Origin: Segetibacter sp.
GTDB lineage: Bacteria; Bacteroidota; Bacteroidia; Chitinophagales; Chitinophagaceae
NCBI GenBank assembly: GCA_030146445.1
Contig: JASLBT010000167.1
Coordinates: 1 to 35,472, forward strand
Direction: 5' to 3'
DNA length: 35,472 bases
Below, piece by piece: positions 1 through 10,034 of this stretch (within the stretch, counting starts at the first letter, position 1; each line of letters begins with the position of its first letter). The position numbers were made by a program, and so were the translations under genes. The notes under the pieces were generated by a model, which did no database searches, was not told the origin of the DNA, and was given only the letters and a program-made list of their open reading frames with translations.

Positions 1-2457
1 TCGTTGAAACCCTTTCAGTGCACGTACCGGTGCATTTTTATCGGAACCCGAAACGTATAATTGCACCACTTCATCACCATCCCTTTTACCCGTGTTTTGC
101 ACCACACAGGAAACCGTGATGTTTCCGCCCCTACGTGCCGACGCAGGAACCTTCGGGATCGAGTAATCGAAGCTGCTGTAGCTTAGCCCGTAACCAAAGC
201 CAAACAGTGGCTGACCTTTAAAATAACGGTAAGTTCTATTGGCCATACTGTAATCATTGAAGTCGGGGAGGTCGCTATCGCTCTTGTAAAATGTTACCGG
301 TAAACGGCCGGCGGGGTTATAATCGCCAAACAATACATCGGCAAGTGCAGTGCCGGCAGACTGACCGCCATACCAGGCGTTGATAATCGCTGGAACGTTT
401 TCCGCTTCCCACGGAAAGGCAATGGCGCTACCTGTCATAGCTACAAATATTATTGGCTTCCCTGTTGCCGACAGTGTCTTAAGTAATCTTGTTTGCACTG
501 GGGGTAGGGCTATGGTCGTTCTGTCGCCGCCATTGAACCCCGGGTAATTAACCGTCATTTCTTCGCCTTCGAGCTGGGGTGATATGCCGCCAACATAGAT
601 GATCGCATCAACGTTTTTCATCCTGGCAGCAAGTGCAGTAAAGTCCGTGGCCGCAAAGTTTCCTGTTCTTAGTTTCACCGATGCTTTGCCATCCACCTGG
701 TTATACTCTAAAACGATGCGGTAAGTTTTATTGGTTTCGGTACTCAGCTTATAGGTGCGTGCACCCCAGCGATTCTTCGTCCAGGCATTTAGTTGTTCTT
801 TGCCGTTCACCAGCAGGCGGTAGCCATCGTCAGCTTCCACTTCAAACGTGATATCGCCGGTTGTAGTTGCAGCAAAATCGGTGCTATACCGGGCAGTAAA
901 ATTGTAGGCCTTCAGGCCTGGAACAACCATCTCACCTTCCTGCCAGTTGTGTTCTAACTGTTCTTCCATTCGTGTGAGAATCGGTGTACCGCTCAGGTCG
1001 TTGTTGGAAAAGTATTCTGCCCTGAATCCTTTTTTTCCCTCGAATGAAAACCGGTCAGACAGATCGGTATATGCCAGTAAGGTGTCATTGGTAAAGTTGA
1101 TCGCCTTTTCGTAGATCACTTCAGTATTAGCGCCGAGCTTTTCTTTAATGCCCTGTAGTGCAGTTACAATGCGCGAAGGGGTACCGTTATAGTTGCCCAG
1201 GACTGCGATGGGGTTATCTGCATTGGGACCAACAACGGCTATCTTTTTAATCTGTTTGCTTAATGGCAGCACATTGTTCGCATTTTTTAGCAGTACGATG
1301 GATTGACGCGCCATTTTTAACGCATGTGCCTGGTGCGGTGCACTCTCCAGCACTGAAGCGGGTGTCTGCGCATAGCTGACCATCGAAGGCGGATCAAACA
1401 TGCCCAGGCGAAAGCGGATCATAAACAATCGTTTCACCGAAACATCCAGCTGCTTTTCGGTGAGCTTGCCGTTTTTTACTGCCTGTACAAGGGCCTTGTA
1501 TGCTGCAGTACCGCAGTCGATATCGGTGCCATGCAATACGGCATCGGCCGATGCACTTTCGGCATCAGGATGGGTTTTGTGGTTCTTAAAAAAATCGTCT
1601 ATTGCCCAGCAATCTGATGTGACATACCCGTTGAATTTCCATCGGTTCCTTAGTATGTCTACCATCAACTGGTCGCTGCCGCAACAAGGTTGACCTTTGA
1701 ATGCGTTATACGCACACATGACCCCCGCGACATCTGCTTTGGTAATGAGTTCCTCGAAAGCGGGCAGGTAGGTGTTCCACAGGTCGTAATCCGAAGGACT
1801 TACATTGAATACATGGCGGGATGGTTCGGGACCGCTGTGAACGGCATAGTGTTTTGCGCAGGCCGCAGCTTTAAGGTACTTCGGGTCAGTGCCTTGCAAA
1901 CCACGAACGAATGCACTGCCGAGCATGGATGTGAGAAACGGGTCTTCGCCATAAGTTTCCTGCCCGCGGCCCCAACGCGGATCGCGAAAGATATTGATGT
2001 TGGGTGTCCAGTAAGTCAGGCCGAGGTAACGGTCGCCCGTTTTACCCAGTTGTATGGCCTTGTTGTGTATCGCCCGCCCTTCAAGGGCCGAGTAGTCGGC
2101 CATCTGCTTCAGGGAATTGGTGTCGAAGGTGGCAGCCATAGCGATCGCCTGAGGGTAAACGGTAACCTTAAAAGGTGTTCGTGCTACACCATGCAATACT
2201 TCGTTCCACCAGTCATAAGCGGGTATGCCAAGCCGTGGTATAGCCGGAGCAGCATTCAGCATCTGTGCCACTTTTTCTTCGAGGGTAAGCCGGCCAACGA
2301 GGTCATCCACCCTTTGCGCGAACGATAGTTTCGTGTTGTTGAAACCATAGCCCGGATTTGTTTGCGCGTTAGTCGCAAAAGCAAAAACAAAGCTGGCCAG
2401 CAGGAGTAACAATACCTGGCGATGGATTGGTGCAGAAATTTGTTTACGTAAATACAT
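1..2457 (-). CDS. GH3 beta-xylosidase/beta-glucosidase with PA14 insertion and start of Fn3-like domain; 3' end truncated by window edge
   Basis: Absent from the ORF track; hand translation from ATG at 2457 gives MYLRKQ...signal-like LLLLLASFVFAFATNA, then LTLEEKVAQM, YDWWNEVLHGVA, WTPNINIFRDPRWGRGQETYGEDP, KHYAVHSGPE, VTSDC (nucleophile Asp), PA14-like GFRAEYFSNNDLSG, AWYGGQSAGTALADVLFGDYNPAGRLPVTFY, FGYGLSY, GDEVVQLY...LKGFQR at base 1. Confidence 0.95.
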   Translation of the reverse strand, partial: MYLRKQISAPIHRQVLLLLLASFVFAFATNAQTNPGYGFNNTKLSFAQRVDDLVGRLTLEEKVAQMLNAAPAIPRLGIPAYDWWNEVLHGVARTPFKVTVYPQAIAMAATFDTNSLKQMADYSALEGRAIHNKAIQLGKTGDRYLGLTYWTPNINIFRDPRWGRGQETYGEDPFLTSMLGSAFVRGLQGTDPKYLKAAACAKHYAVHSGPEPSRHVFNVSPSDYDLWNTYLPAFEELITKADVAGVMCAYNAFKGQPCCGSDQLMVDILRNRWKFNGYVTSDCWAIDDFFKNHKTHPDAESASADAVLHGTDIDCGTAAYKALVQAVKNGKLTEKQLDVSVKRLFMIRFRLGMFDPPSMVSYAQTPASVLESAPHQAHALKMARQSIVLLKNANNVLPLSKQIKKIAVVGPNADNPIAVLGNYNGTPSRIVTALQGIKEKLGANTEVIYEKAINFTNDTLLAYTDLSDRFSFEGKKGFRAEYFSNNDLSGTPILTRMEEQLEHNWQEGEMVVPGLKAYNFTARYSTDFAATTTGDITFEVEADDGYRLLVNGKEQLNAWTKNRWGARTYKLSTETNKTYRIVLEYNQVDGKASVKLRTGNFAATDFTALAARMKNVDAIIYVGGISPQLEGEEMTVNYPGFNGGDRTTIALPPVQTRLLKTLSATGKPIIFVAMTGSAIAFPWEAENVPAIINAWYGGQSAGTALADVLFGDYNPAGRLPVTFYKSDSDLPDFNDYSMANRTYRYFKGQPLFGFGYGLSYSSFDYSIPKVPASARRGGNITVSCVVQNTGKRDGDEVVQLYVSGSDKNAPVRALKGFQR

Positions 2458-2798
2458 AATTATAGAAAATGAAAAATTAAAGATGTAAAATGAAAAACCC
2501 ATTTCACGATCGGAATAACAGGTCGTATCTAAAGCAATATTTTATACACCGGGTAAGGTAATAGCTTCTTGTTTTACTTTCACCTGCCTGTGACCCATAC
2601 GTCAAAACGCACACAAATACTTAACGCAAACCATTCCCGGATCCTGACGCTTAACGCATTAGTGCGCTTAACAATTCAACATAACCCTAAACAGAAACAA
2701 TCTTACCTGATTAATTGTAAATTCATAACACTTGATCATTCACAAATCAATGTAGTTTAGTTAGGCTGATTGTACCGTTTATTTGCCCAAACATATCC

Positions 2799-2910
2799 TG
2801 CAGTACAAGAGTGCGACGCCCGTCCGACTGCCCGGCCGACTGGCGGAGCTGGGCGGGCGCAGCTGGTGGGCAAGGATGTTCAATAGTAATCCTTTGGTTG
2901 GGTCCAAAAA
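2799..2910 (+). repeat. ~60-bp dispersed intergenic repeat (family A), copy 1, interrupted by two nested 26-bp elements
   Basis: TGCAGTACAAGAGTGCGACG|CAAGGATGTTCAATAG-N13-GGGTCCAAAAA after removing 2819-2870; 33/36 identical to the reverse complement of 14547-14582, with the same 13-nt spacing to GGGTCCAAAAA. Confidence 0.8.
2819..2870 (+). mobile_element. Two nested 26-bp REP-like hairpin elements (family B): inner 2831-2856 inside outer 2819-2830 + 2857-2870
   Basis: Inner CCCGGCCGACTGGCGGAGCTGGGCGG and reconstructed outer CCCGTCCGACTG+GCGCAGCTGGTGGG are both 26 nt and match the free copy CCCGTCCGACTGGCGCAGCCGGGCGG at 35161-35186. Confidence 0.75.
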
Positions 2911-2976
2911 GAAAGTTCTTAAGTAAACGACATTGATTCATAATTCATCATCCATGACCCATCATCAAAACTCCTG

Positions 2977-3048
<72 letters not shown>

Positions 3049-3053
<5 letters not shown>

Positions 3054-4161
3054 GAAGCCCCTTCACCACTTCCGCATAGGCTTTTTTCCTTTTGCGGTTT
3101 ACATCGAATAACAGCGGGTAATTTTTCCGGCCTTGCACGGGGTAACTTTCAAGCCAGGTGTACCTGTCGCTTACGTTCCAGAAGGTGACACCAGTGATTA
3201 CGTCACGATGCTTTCTAAACACATCAAACACCATCTTGTATTTTTCGAGTTGTTTTTGTTCCAGCTCGGGGGTGAACACGTCTACATCCGTTGCGACCCT
3301 GGGCCTGCGTTCTTTTTCCCACGGGTAAATCGATATGTCCACCTCGGTAAATTGTACTTTTAATCCGAGTGAAGCGTATCTTTCAATGGCATCGGTTAGT
3401 TCTTTTTCGCTGGGTTCAAACACCGACCAGTGCCCTTGTAGACCGACAGCGTGGACCGGCACTTTTGCAGTGACCAGTTGTTTGAGGAGTTGATAGATCC
3501 GTTCCCTTTTTTCCGGGCGTTCGGTATTGTAATCATTATACACCAGGACGGCATTTGGGTCTGCAGCATGGGCATACTCAAATGCACGACTGATGAATTC
3601 GTCGCCGCAGATTTTGTACCACAAGGAATTTTGACGTAGCACGTTTGGCGGATTGTCATCTACGGCCTCATTCACGACATCCCACGCGTATATCTTGCCT
3701 TTGTATCGGCCGACCACTGCGGTGATATGATCTTTGAGCCTTTTCAGCAATACTTCTTTGGTTACCTGCTCACCTCTTGCGTCTTTAAAAAGCCAGTCGG
3801 GATTGTATTCGTGCCATAGCAGGTTATGACCCCGCACCTTGATGTTGTGTTTCTCTGCAAAGGCAATTATAGCGTCTGCATTTTTCCAGTTGTAGGTGTT
3901 TTCGGCAGGGTGAATGCCGGACCATTTCATATCGTTTTCGGGGGTGATGCTGTTAAACTCACGAACGATCAGTGCTGAGTCTTCACCTTTGATAGATTGC
4001 GGACCGACCGCAACACCGATAGGAAAAAAGCTTTTATAGTAGTCTTTTAAGCCCTTGCTGCTTTCCTCCGGGCTGCGCAACACAGCTGAGGTTTTCCTGC
4101 TACAACTGCCAGCATTTAACAACAACAAACAAAAGGCAGGTACAATTATTCTTTTAACCAT
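3049..4161 (-). CDS. xynA: GH10 endo-1,4-beta-xylanase, predicted lipoprotein
   Basis: FNSITPENDMKW, VRGHNLLWH, WDVVNEA (acid/base), YNDYN, GLQGHW, FTEVDI (nucleophile); lipobox LLLNAGSC. Confidence 0.95.
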
Positions 4162-4175
4162 AATGCGACTTTAAT

Positions 4176-6728
4176 CTATTTTGTTTCGGGCGGACCCAGG
4201 TAAGTTCTTTTAAGTCCACCGGTGTCAATTACCAGTTTCTGAAGCAAAACACCGGGGTCAACCATCCAGTATTTCAGCGTATGTGCACCGGCTTTGCTTA
4301 CACGGTGTTTACTTGTTTTTATAATGATGTTGTCGGCCACCCACTGGTTCCATAGCCTTTCAAAATTGCCTTCATGCATATTGATGACCTGCGGCTTTTC
4401 GTCGTCTATCGAAATGGCGAAGCGCAAACCTTCATTGTGGAAATTCAGGGTAGGGGAAAGATAGACCTGCACGCTGATGCTATCGGCATCGTTTAGTACA
4501 ATGTCGTAATTCAGAGCGGGAGTACCGGCAGCAGGGTTGACAGCGCCGGCTGTTACCGGGAAGGGCGTGACTGCTGATAAAGTTCTCCCCAGGTTTGGGA
4601 TCACCTGCCATTGTACACCTCTGGAGCTGACAGCTTTTGAATAGTGCGGCGCTTCAATGGAAATGTATCCGTTTTTTTCGGCAAAAACGCTTTTGGTACC
4701 TGGCCATTCTGTTGTTGGAGTACCGACTGCAGCCTGCAAACTATCCAGCCATTTAACCGTGCCTTGATTATCATTTTGAAGATACTTGACCTCCGGCATC
4801 GTATTCGTTAATGGTTGCTGCCAATAGGTATAACCAATGTGTGTCTGGTCCATCATGTGGCTCCACTTGCCCCCGGCGAGCGTATCGTTATAGTATTTAC
4901 TAATCAGGGAATCTTTCAGGTATAAGTACTTTGCCCTTTCGGCAAGCGCGTTTGTTCCGGGTAACCGGAGGGAAGCATACTCGCGATTTTTTGCAACAAC
5001 AAGATACAGTTCGTTCAGGTTTGCACTTGCCTGGACAGGGTGCAACACAAGTTGGTAATAAGCATCGTGGTAAGCGGCAGGCAACTGTTTAGCGATTGAT
5101 TGCGCCTTTGCAAGGAGCTTGTTGTATTCGACAACCACCCGCTCTGCTTCCTGATAATTTGCAAGGCTGTAGGTATCCGGTGAAAGTAGTTCGGGTTTGC
5201 GGCGGCTGTTGTATTTTGAATACAGTGCGAGAATGTTGCCTATGGTCTTTGCATGTTGCGCACCAAACTGTTTCGTCGCCCATTGGGTGTAGTATTCAGG
5301 AAGTCTTTCGGCCGGCCACTGCTCCGGTTTCCATGCATAGTCGAGGAAGAAATTGATCGGGAACTCCATGGGTTTCAGGTCGCCAACATTAACAATCCAG
5401 ATCCTGTTGACGCCATAATCGTACGCAAGGTGCATTTGCTCCCATGTGCGTTCAATCTGGTTTGTGTTGATCCATTTATAATTTCTCGGGCCGCCTACAT
5501 AATCGAAGTGATAATAGATGCCGTAACCGCCGGAATGTTGTTCACCCTTCTTTGGCAACTTGCGAATGTTTCCCCAATTGTCGTCACACAGTAAAAGGGT
5601 TACATCATCGGGTACCCGCATTCCTTTGTCGTAATAGTCCTGCACTTCTTTGTATAATGCCCAGAGTTGCGGTGTTTGTGACGGGGCCTTTCCGGTTACT
5701 TCACCAATGATTTTTCGCTGATCTTTTACGATCCGTTCAAGTAAGTCGGTTGCTGTGCCACTTGTCATTGGCTCGTCACCGTCGCCACGCATCCCGATGG
5801 TGACGATGCTTTCATGTGTTCCCATGTTTTCGATCCCCTTTCGCCAGAAGGCCCGCAGTACGCTGTCGTTGGTTGTATAATTCCAGGCGCCTTTGCCATA
5901 TCGCTTCCATTCCTGTTGTGCACGCAGCATGGGTTCGTGGTGGCTGGTGCCCATTACAATGCCATACTTGTCGGCCATAACAGGATTAAGGGTGTCGTCG
6001 TCGTTGAATGCATTTCCCCACATTGCCGGCCAGAGGTAATTCGCTTTCATGCGCAGCAGCAGCTCGAACATTTTCTCGTACATACGATGATTTACACCAC
6101 CAAACTTTTCTTTGGTCCAGCCGGAAAAAGCAGGGGCTTCATCATTGATAAAAATACCGCGGTACTTGACAGCAGGAGCGTCGGCCTTTGACACGCCGGG
6201 CTTGAGGTATACTTGTTTATGTTTTACGACTGGCACATCGGCCCACCAGTACCATGGCGAGACACCAATTTCTCCCGTGATATCGAAAACTCCGTACGCG
6301 GTGCCTCTTTTGTCGCTGCCGGTAATGACCAATGCCCGGCCTACCCCTTTGAAAGGCGCTGATATTACTCCGTATTGATAGCCGTCCCACTTGTCTTTCA
6401 AGCCAGCCGTTTTTAACGTACCGGCAGTAGCCAGTTGCTTTATCGTAGCTGATCTGTTTAAGCTGCCGATGATGATCAGGTTTGCAGCTCGTGACGGTAG
6501 CTGGTGTATCACTGCGCTTTTACGACCGGTAACTTTTTCTATATCGCCGGCAAGCAATTGTGCCGACTGTTGAACCAGCCAATGGTCCGACTCGTCCACA
6601 TAAATCGGGGTTGCGCCATTAGCATCGGCGAGCGGAAATGCACCAGGTGTTGGATTTGTAAATACGAAGTTTTGTGCGTTGAGTTTAGCTCCACAGAACA
6701 ACGATAACAGCACTAGAATATATTTCAT
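4176..6728 (-). CDS. GH115 xylan alpha-1,2-glucuronidase
   Basis: GVSPWYWWADVP, YRGIFINDEAP, KANYLWPAMWG, GTSHHEPM, GMRGDGD, YYHFDYVGGPRNYKW; C-terminal GYISIEA domain; ATG at 6728 (MKYILVLL signal peptide) preferred to the upstream TTG. Confidence 0.93.
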   Translation of the reverse strand: MKYILVLLSLFCGAKLNAQNFVFTNPTPGAFPLADANGATPIYVDESDHWLVQQSAQLLAGDIEKVTGRKSAVIHQLPSRAANLIIIGSLNRSATIKQLATAGTLKTAGLKDKWDGYQYGVISAPFKGVGRALVITGSDKRGTAYGVFDITGEIGVSPWYWWADVPVVKHKQVYLKPGVSKADAPAVKYRGIFINDEAPAFSGWTKEKFGGVNHRMYEKMFELLLRMKANYLWPAMWGNAFNDDDTLNPVMADKYGIVMGTSHHEPMLRAQQEWKRYGKGAWNYTTNDSVLRAFWRKGIENMGTHESIVTIGMRGDGDEPMTSGTATDLLERIVKDQRKIIGEVTGKAPSQTPQLWALYKEVQDYYDKGMRVPDDVTLLLCDDNWGNIRKLPKKGEQHSGGYGIYYHFDYVGGPRNYKWINTNQIERTWEQMHLAYDYGVNRIWIVNVGDLKPMEFPINFFLDYAWKPEQWPAERLPEYYTQWATKQFGAQHAKTIGNILALYSKYNSRRKPELLSPDTYSLANYQEAERVVVEYNKLLAKAQSIAKQLPAAYHDAYYQLVLHPVQASANLNELYLVVAKNREYASLRLPGTNALAERAKYLYLKDSLISKYYNDTLAGGKWSHMMDQTHIGYTYWQQPLTNTMPEVKYLQNDNQGTVKWLDSLQAAVGTPTTEWPGTKSVFAEKNGYISIEAPHYSKAVSSRGVQWQVIPNLGRTLSAVTPFPVTAGAVNPAAGTPALNYDIVLNDADSISVQVYLSPTLNFHNEGLRFAISIDDEKPQVINMHEGNFERLWNQWVADNIIIKTSKHRVSKAGAHTLKYWMVDPGVLLQKLVIDTGGLKRTYLGPPETK

Positions 6729-6966
6729 TGAAAAGTCGTTATGATTGCGGTTTAACAAAGTTCATTATTGCATAAAAAGATGACTTGTTCGACGCCTCCT
6801 TCCAAAGCCGGTTCATTTCGCGTCCGGACGGCGTGGCCGGGCAGGCAACCGCGGAAGTCATGTATTGCCAAAGCCTGGTCCGGAAAAAAACATTTATTCA
6901 GCACCAGTTTGTCAACTGGTGAGCAGTACGGCACATCAGGCATGCGGCATTGCAAGATTGATTTAC

Positions 6967-7716
6967 TCAGAAGCCGATCGAGTTGCCCCCGTCCACCGGC
7001 AGTACCACACCGGTGATGTACTTAGCCGCATCAGATGCCAGGAACACTGCTGCATCCCCGATGTCGGCAGGCTCGCCCAGCACACCCATCGGTGTCCGAC
7101 CCATAGCTTTTCCTTTTCTTTCCGGATCGTTGTTGAGTGCTTTTGCCGACATTTCTGTAGCAATAAATCCCGGTGCGATACAATTGATGCGTATCCCTTT
7201 CGGCGATAACTCAACGGCCATTGCGCGTGTCATACCTTCAATCGCCGACTTTGATGCGGTATACGCGATGACTTTGGGAATGCCATATTGTGAAGCCATT
7301 GAACTAATGTTGATGATGGCCCCGTTACCTGCAGTGAGCATACATTTTACCACCTCACGGGATAGTACAAATATGGATGTCAGATTGGTGAGAATGACCT
7401 TTTGAAAATCTTCGTCGCTTACTTCGGTGAACTCTTTCTTCATATTAATGCCGGCATTATTAACCAGCACATCAATTCTTCCATGGTCGTGTAAAATCTT
7501 TTTTACCATCGCCGGTATTGCCGCGAGGTCGTTTAAGTCGCAGCTTATGGGAACACATCGTTCCCCCAGTTGTTGTTTCGCATTATCGAGCTTCTGCTGG
7601 TCGCGGCCTACGATGACGGTCGTATAGTTGTTGCTGACAAATTTTTCTGCTATTGCGAGTCCTATGCCCGAGCCACCGCCCGTAACAATTGCGATCTTCT
7701 CTTGTTTGATTTCCAT
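6967..7716 (-). CDS. SDR-family NAD(P)-dependent oxidoreductase (gluconate 5-dehydrogenase/KduD-like; probably sugar-acid metabolism)
   Basis: TGGGSGIG, NNAG, catalytic S...YTASK, IAPG, VDGG; lies between two alpha-glucuronidase genes. Confidence 0.9.
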   Translation of the reverse strand: MEIKQEKIAIVTGGGSGIGLAIAEKFVSNNYTTVIVGRDQQKLDNAKQQLGERCVPISCDLNDLAAIPAMVKKILHDHGRIDVLVNNAGINMKKEFTEVSDEDFQKVILTNLTSIFVLSREVVKCMLTAGNGAIINISSMASQYGIPKVIAYTASKSAIEGMTRAMAVELSPKGIRINCIAPGFIATEMSAKALNNDPERKGKAMGRTPMGVLGEPADIGDAAVFLASDAAKYITGVVLPVDGGNSIGF

Positions 7717-7769
7717 TGATGGTGTTTCGTTTTAAATACCTGAAAAGTATAAGTGATGCTGAGCGAACG

Positions 7770-9911
7770 TTAGTTGCCTGGTGCGTACGGAAACCTGAGT
7801 GACTGGTAGTACGCCAGGTTGTGAGCAGGTTTTTCGTAACCTTCCGGAATGGGCCGTTTTGAAAAACTCTGGAAATACAAAAGACATGCGTCTCTCCACC
7901 AGACCGCCTCCTGTTCCTGTATGGAAAGCAACATTTTTACCTGTTCAAAACGTTCCTGATCAATATTTGCCCGTTGTGCATTCCAGGTTTGTTGCATTTG
8001 CCGTACACTATCAACAGCGGAGTAGTATTTGTAACACAGTTCGTCCCATAAGTTTCGCCCGGATCGCATTTTATGGGTCCAGGGAACGCGGTGAAACCAG
8101 AGCAGGTAATCTTCGGGGCAGGTGTTCACGTTTTCATACAACTTCCTGACTTCGGGTGCATATTGCGCGAGTGCATTGCTTCCCGACGAGGTGCGATCGA
8201 AACCGATGGCAATGCTATCCGCACGATGATAATACACCGGATCCCAGTCGGCACGCGATGCGCGGTTGGTCCACGGTGCGGGACCGTAATGGTGACCATT
8301 ACCCATGATGTGGTGCAGACCAAGCGGAGTCATATAGTTGACCATGATGTCACGCGAGGAGAGCATCAGTTTTTTCACGGGAGATATAAAAGAGCTTTTA
8401 TTAGAGAAGGTTGATCGTAGCCATTCATCTGCAATCTGTGCGGATGAAAGCTCATGATCCCAGGCAAGCCGTCCAAGTGCATACCAGTTCGCCTGGGCAA
8501 ACGGATGCCCTGTCCAGTTGATGTCGTTGCCGATGTTTGCCACGCCTGCCATGCCCGTGAGTGCATGTTCGTCCAGTGTACCATCGATAACTTTTGCAAC
8601 CGTTGACCCCGGACCTTTGCTATAGGTGTCGGCTTCGAGTACATCCCTAAACATCGGCGCTTCATATACCAGGTGTGTTGCCTGGCCGAGATATTCCTGT
8701 GTCACCTGGTATTCCATCAATAATGGTGTAGCTGGCATGGCACCGAACAGCGGATGAAAAGGTTCTCTTGGTTGAAAATCAATCGGGCCATTTTTTACCT
8801 GCACCATTACGTTTTTCCTGAACTTGCCATCGAGCGGTTTAAACTCATTATAAGCCTGTTTAAACCGGTCGTCAGGAGTTTCATTGCTATACACAAACGC
8901 TCGCCACATTACTATACCGCCATGAGAAGCAAGTGCGTCTGCAAACATGTTTGCGCCGTCTGCGTGTGAACGGCCATAATTTTGCGGCCCTGGCTGCCCC
9001 TCTGAATTTGCTTTTACGAGTATGCCTCCGAAGTCGGGGATATAAGTATAAATCTCATCGATCTTTTGTTTCCACCATTGCTGCACAAGAGGATCGAGGG
9101 GATCGGCTGATTTAAGTCCGCCAATTTCTACCGGCGCACTAAACCGTGCGGTTAGGTAAACTTTGATGCCATACGGCCGGAATACTTTTGCAAGTGCCGA
9201 AACCTTTTCGAGATACGGTTTGGTTAACACCAGGGCGTTTGCATTTACATTCGTAAGTACTGTTCCATTGATGCCGATAGATGCATTTGCTCTTGCGTAA
9301 TCGGTATAGCGTTGATCGAGGTAACCCGGGAGCCGGTGCCAGTCCCAAATGGAAAAGCCGGCATACCCTCTTTCGACGGTGCGGTCCAGGTTATCCCAAT
9401 GATTTAATAACCGATGTTTGATTTTAGGGGTGCTTGTAATGGAAAGACTGCCTATGTGCTGATTGGTTTGTAGCAAGCGAAGAAAATGGAAGACACCGTA
9501 AAAAACACCGAGGTCGGTATTTGCAGTAATGAGCGTCGTTTTCCTGCCATTAACTGTAAGTGTTCTGATGATATAGCCCTCGTCGCCGGCTGCACTAAGG
9601 TTGATGTTTGCCGATGCGATCAGCTTAGCACTTGAAGGTGTACCCACAACCAGGGAATTAACAGCCGGGACACTTTGCGTTGTAAACTGTTTTGAGAGAA
9701 GACCCTTCAACCCGGAAAGCAATTCCTGTCTTGCGGCCAAAATGGTTGCTGAATTACCCGGGAAAAACACGCCCGAAATTGCCTTTTGATATTGTTGCCT
9801 TACCTGAACATTTTCGACCGGATCGTATCGGAGCCAAAGCCGGTAGCCGTTATCGGCAAACGCAGAATAAGATGTAGAGAGGAAAAGTAGAACGACAAAG
9901 AATATTTTCAT
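7770..9911 (-). CDS. aguA: GH67 alpha-glucuronidase
   Basis: NGYRLWLRY, RLLNHWDNLDRTVERGYAG, YARANASIGING, VKANSEGQPGP, VKNGPIDFQPREP, QVTQEYLGQ; ATG at 9911 gives signal peptide MKIFFVVLLFLSTSYSAFA. Confidence 0.95.
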   Translation of the reverse strand: MKIFFVVLLFLSTSYSAFADNGYRLWLRYDPVENVQVRQQYQKAISGVFFPGNSATILAARQELLSGLKGLLSKQFTTQSVPAVNSLVVGTPSSAKLIASANINLSAAGDEGYIIRTLTVNGRKTTLITANTDLGVFYGVFHFLRLLQTNQHIGSLSITSTPKIKHRLLNHWDNLDRTVERGYAGFSIWDWHRLPGYLDQRYTDYARANASIGINGTVLTNVNANALVLTKPYLEKVSALAKVFRPYGIKVYLTARFSAPVEIGGLKSADPLDPLVQQWWKQKIDEIYTYIPDFGGILVKANSEGQPGPQNYGRSHADGANMFADALASHGGIVMWRAFVYSNETPDDRFKQAYNEFKPLDGKFRKNVMVQVKNGPIDFQPREPFHPLFGAMPATPLLMEYQVTQEYLGQATHLVYEAPMFRDVLEADTYSKGPGSTVAKVIDGTLDEHALTGMAGVANIGNDINWTGHPFAQANWYALGRLAWDHELSSAQIADEWLRSTFSNKSSFISPVKKLMLSSRDIMVNYMTPLGLHHIMGNGHHYGPAPWTNRASRADWDPVYYHRADSIAIGFDRTSSGSNALAQYAPEVRKLYENVNTCPEDYLLWFHRVPWTHKMRSGRNLWDELCYKYYSAVDSVRQMQQTWNAQRANIDQERFEQVKMLLSIQEQEAVWWRDACLLYFQSFSKRPIPEGYEKPAHNLAYYQSLRFPYAPGN

Positions 9912-10020
9912 AGCGGGTGCAATGTTAGCTGCTGCTGGCTCCAATATCAGAAGAAAGTGCCTGTTAAGAATCAGCGGCAGAGGCTCTTTTGGCTAAAGTA
10001 GGTTTTTTTTTGAAAATCTC

Positions 10021-10034
10021 TGCAATCGGTTACA
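10021..10034. promoter_or_regulatory. Putative LacI-family operator between divergent aguA and xylA
   Basis: TGCAATCGGTTACA fits the LacI palindrome TGnAAnCGnTTnCA; 13/14 identical to the site at 19221. Confidence 0.75.

Noticed and set aside
1400..2328. Plus-strand ORFs of 97 and 212 aa
   Set aside because: Antisense shadows of the GH3 gene that the ORF track missed
2747..2941. 64-aa minus ORF between GH10 and GH3
   Set aside because: It is a translation of the nested repeat elements
6902..6921. Hairpin CACCAGTT-TGTC-AACTGGTG between the SDR and GH115 as a terminator
   Set aside because: No adjacent U-tract on the coding (minus) strand; could be a stability element, but unsupported
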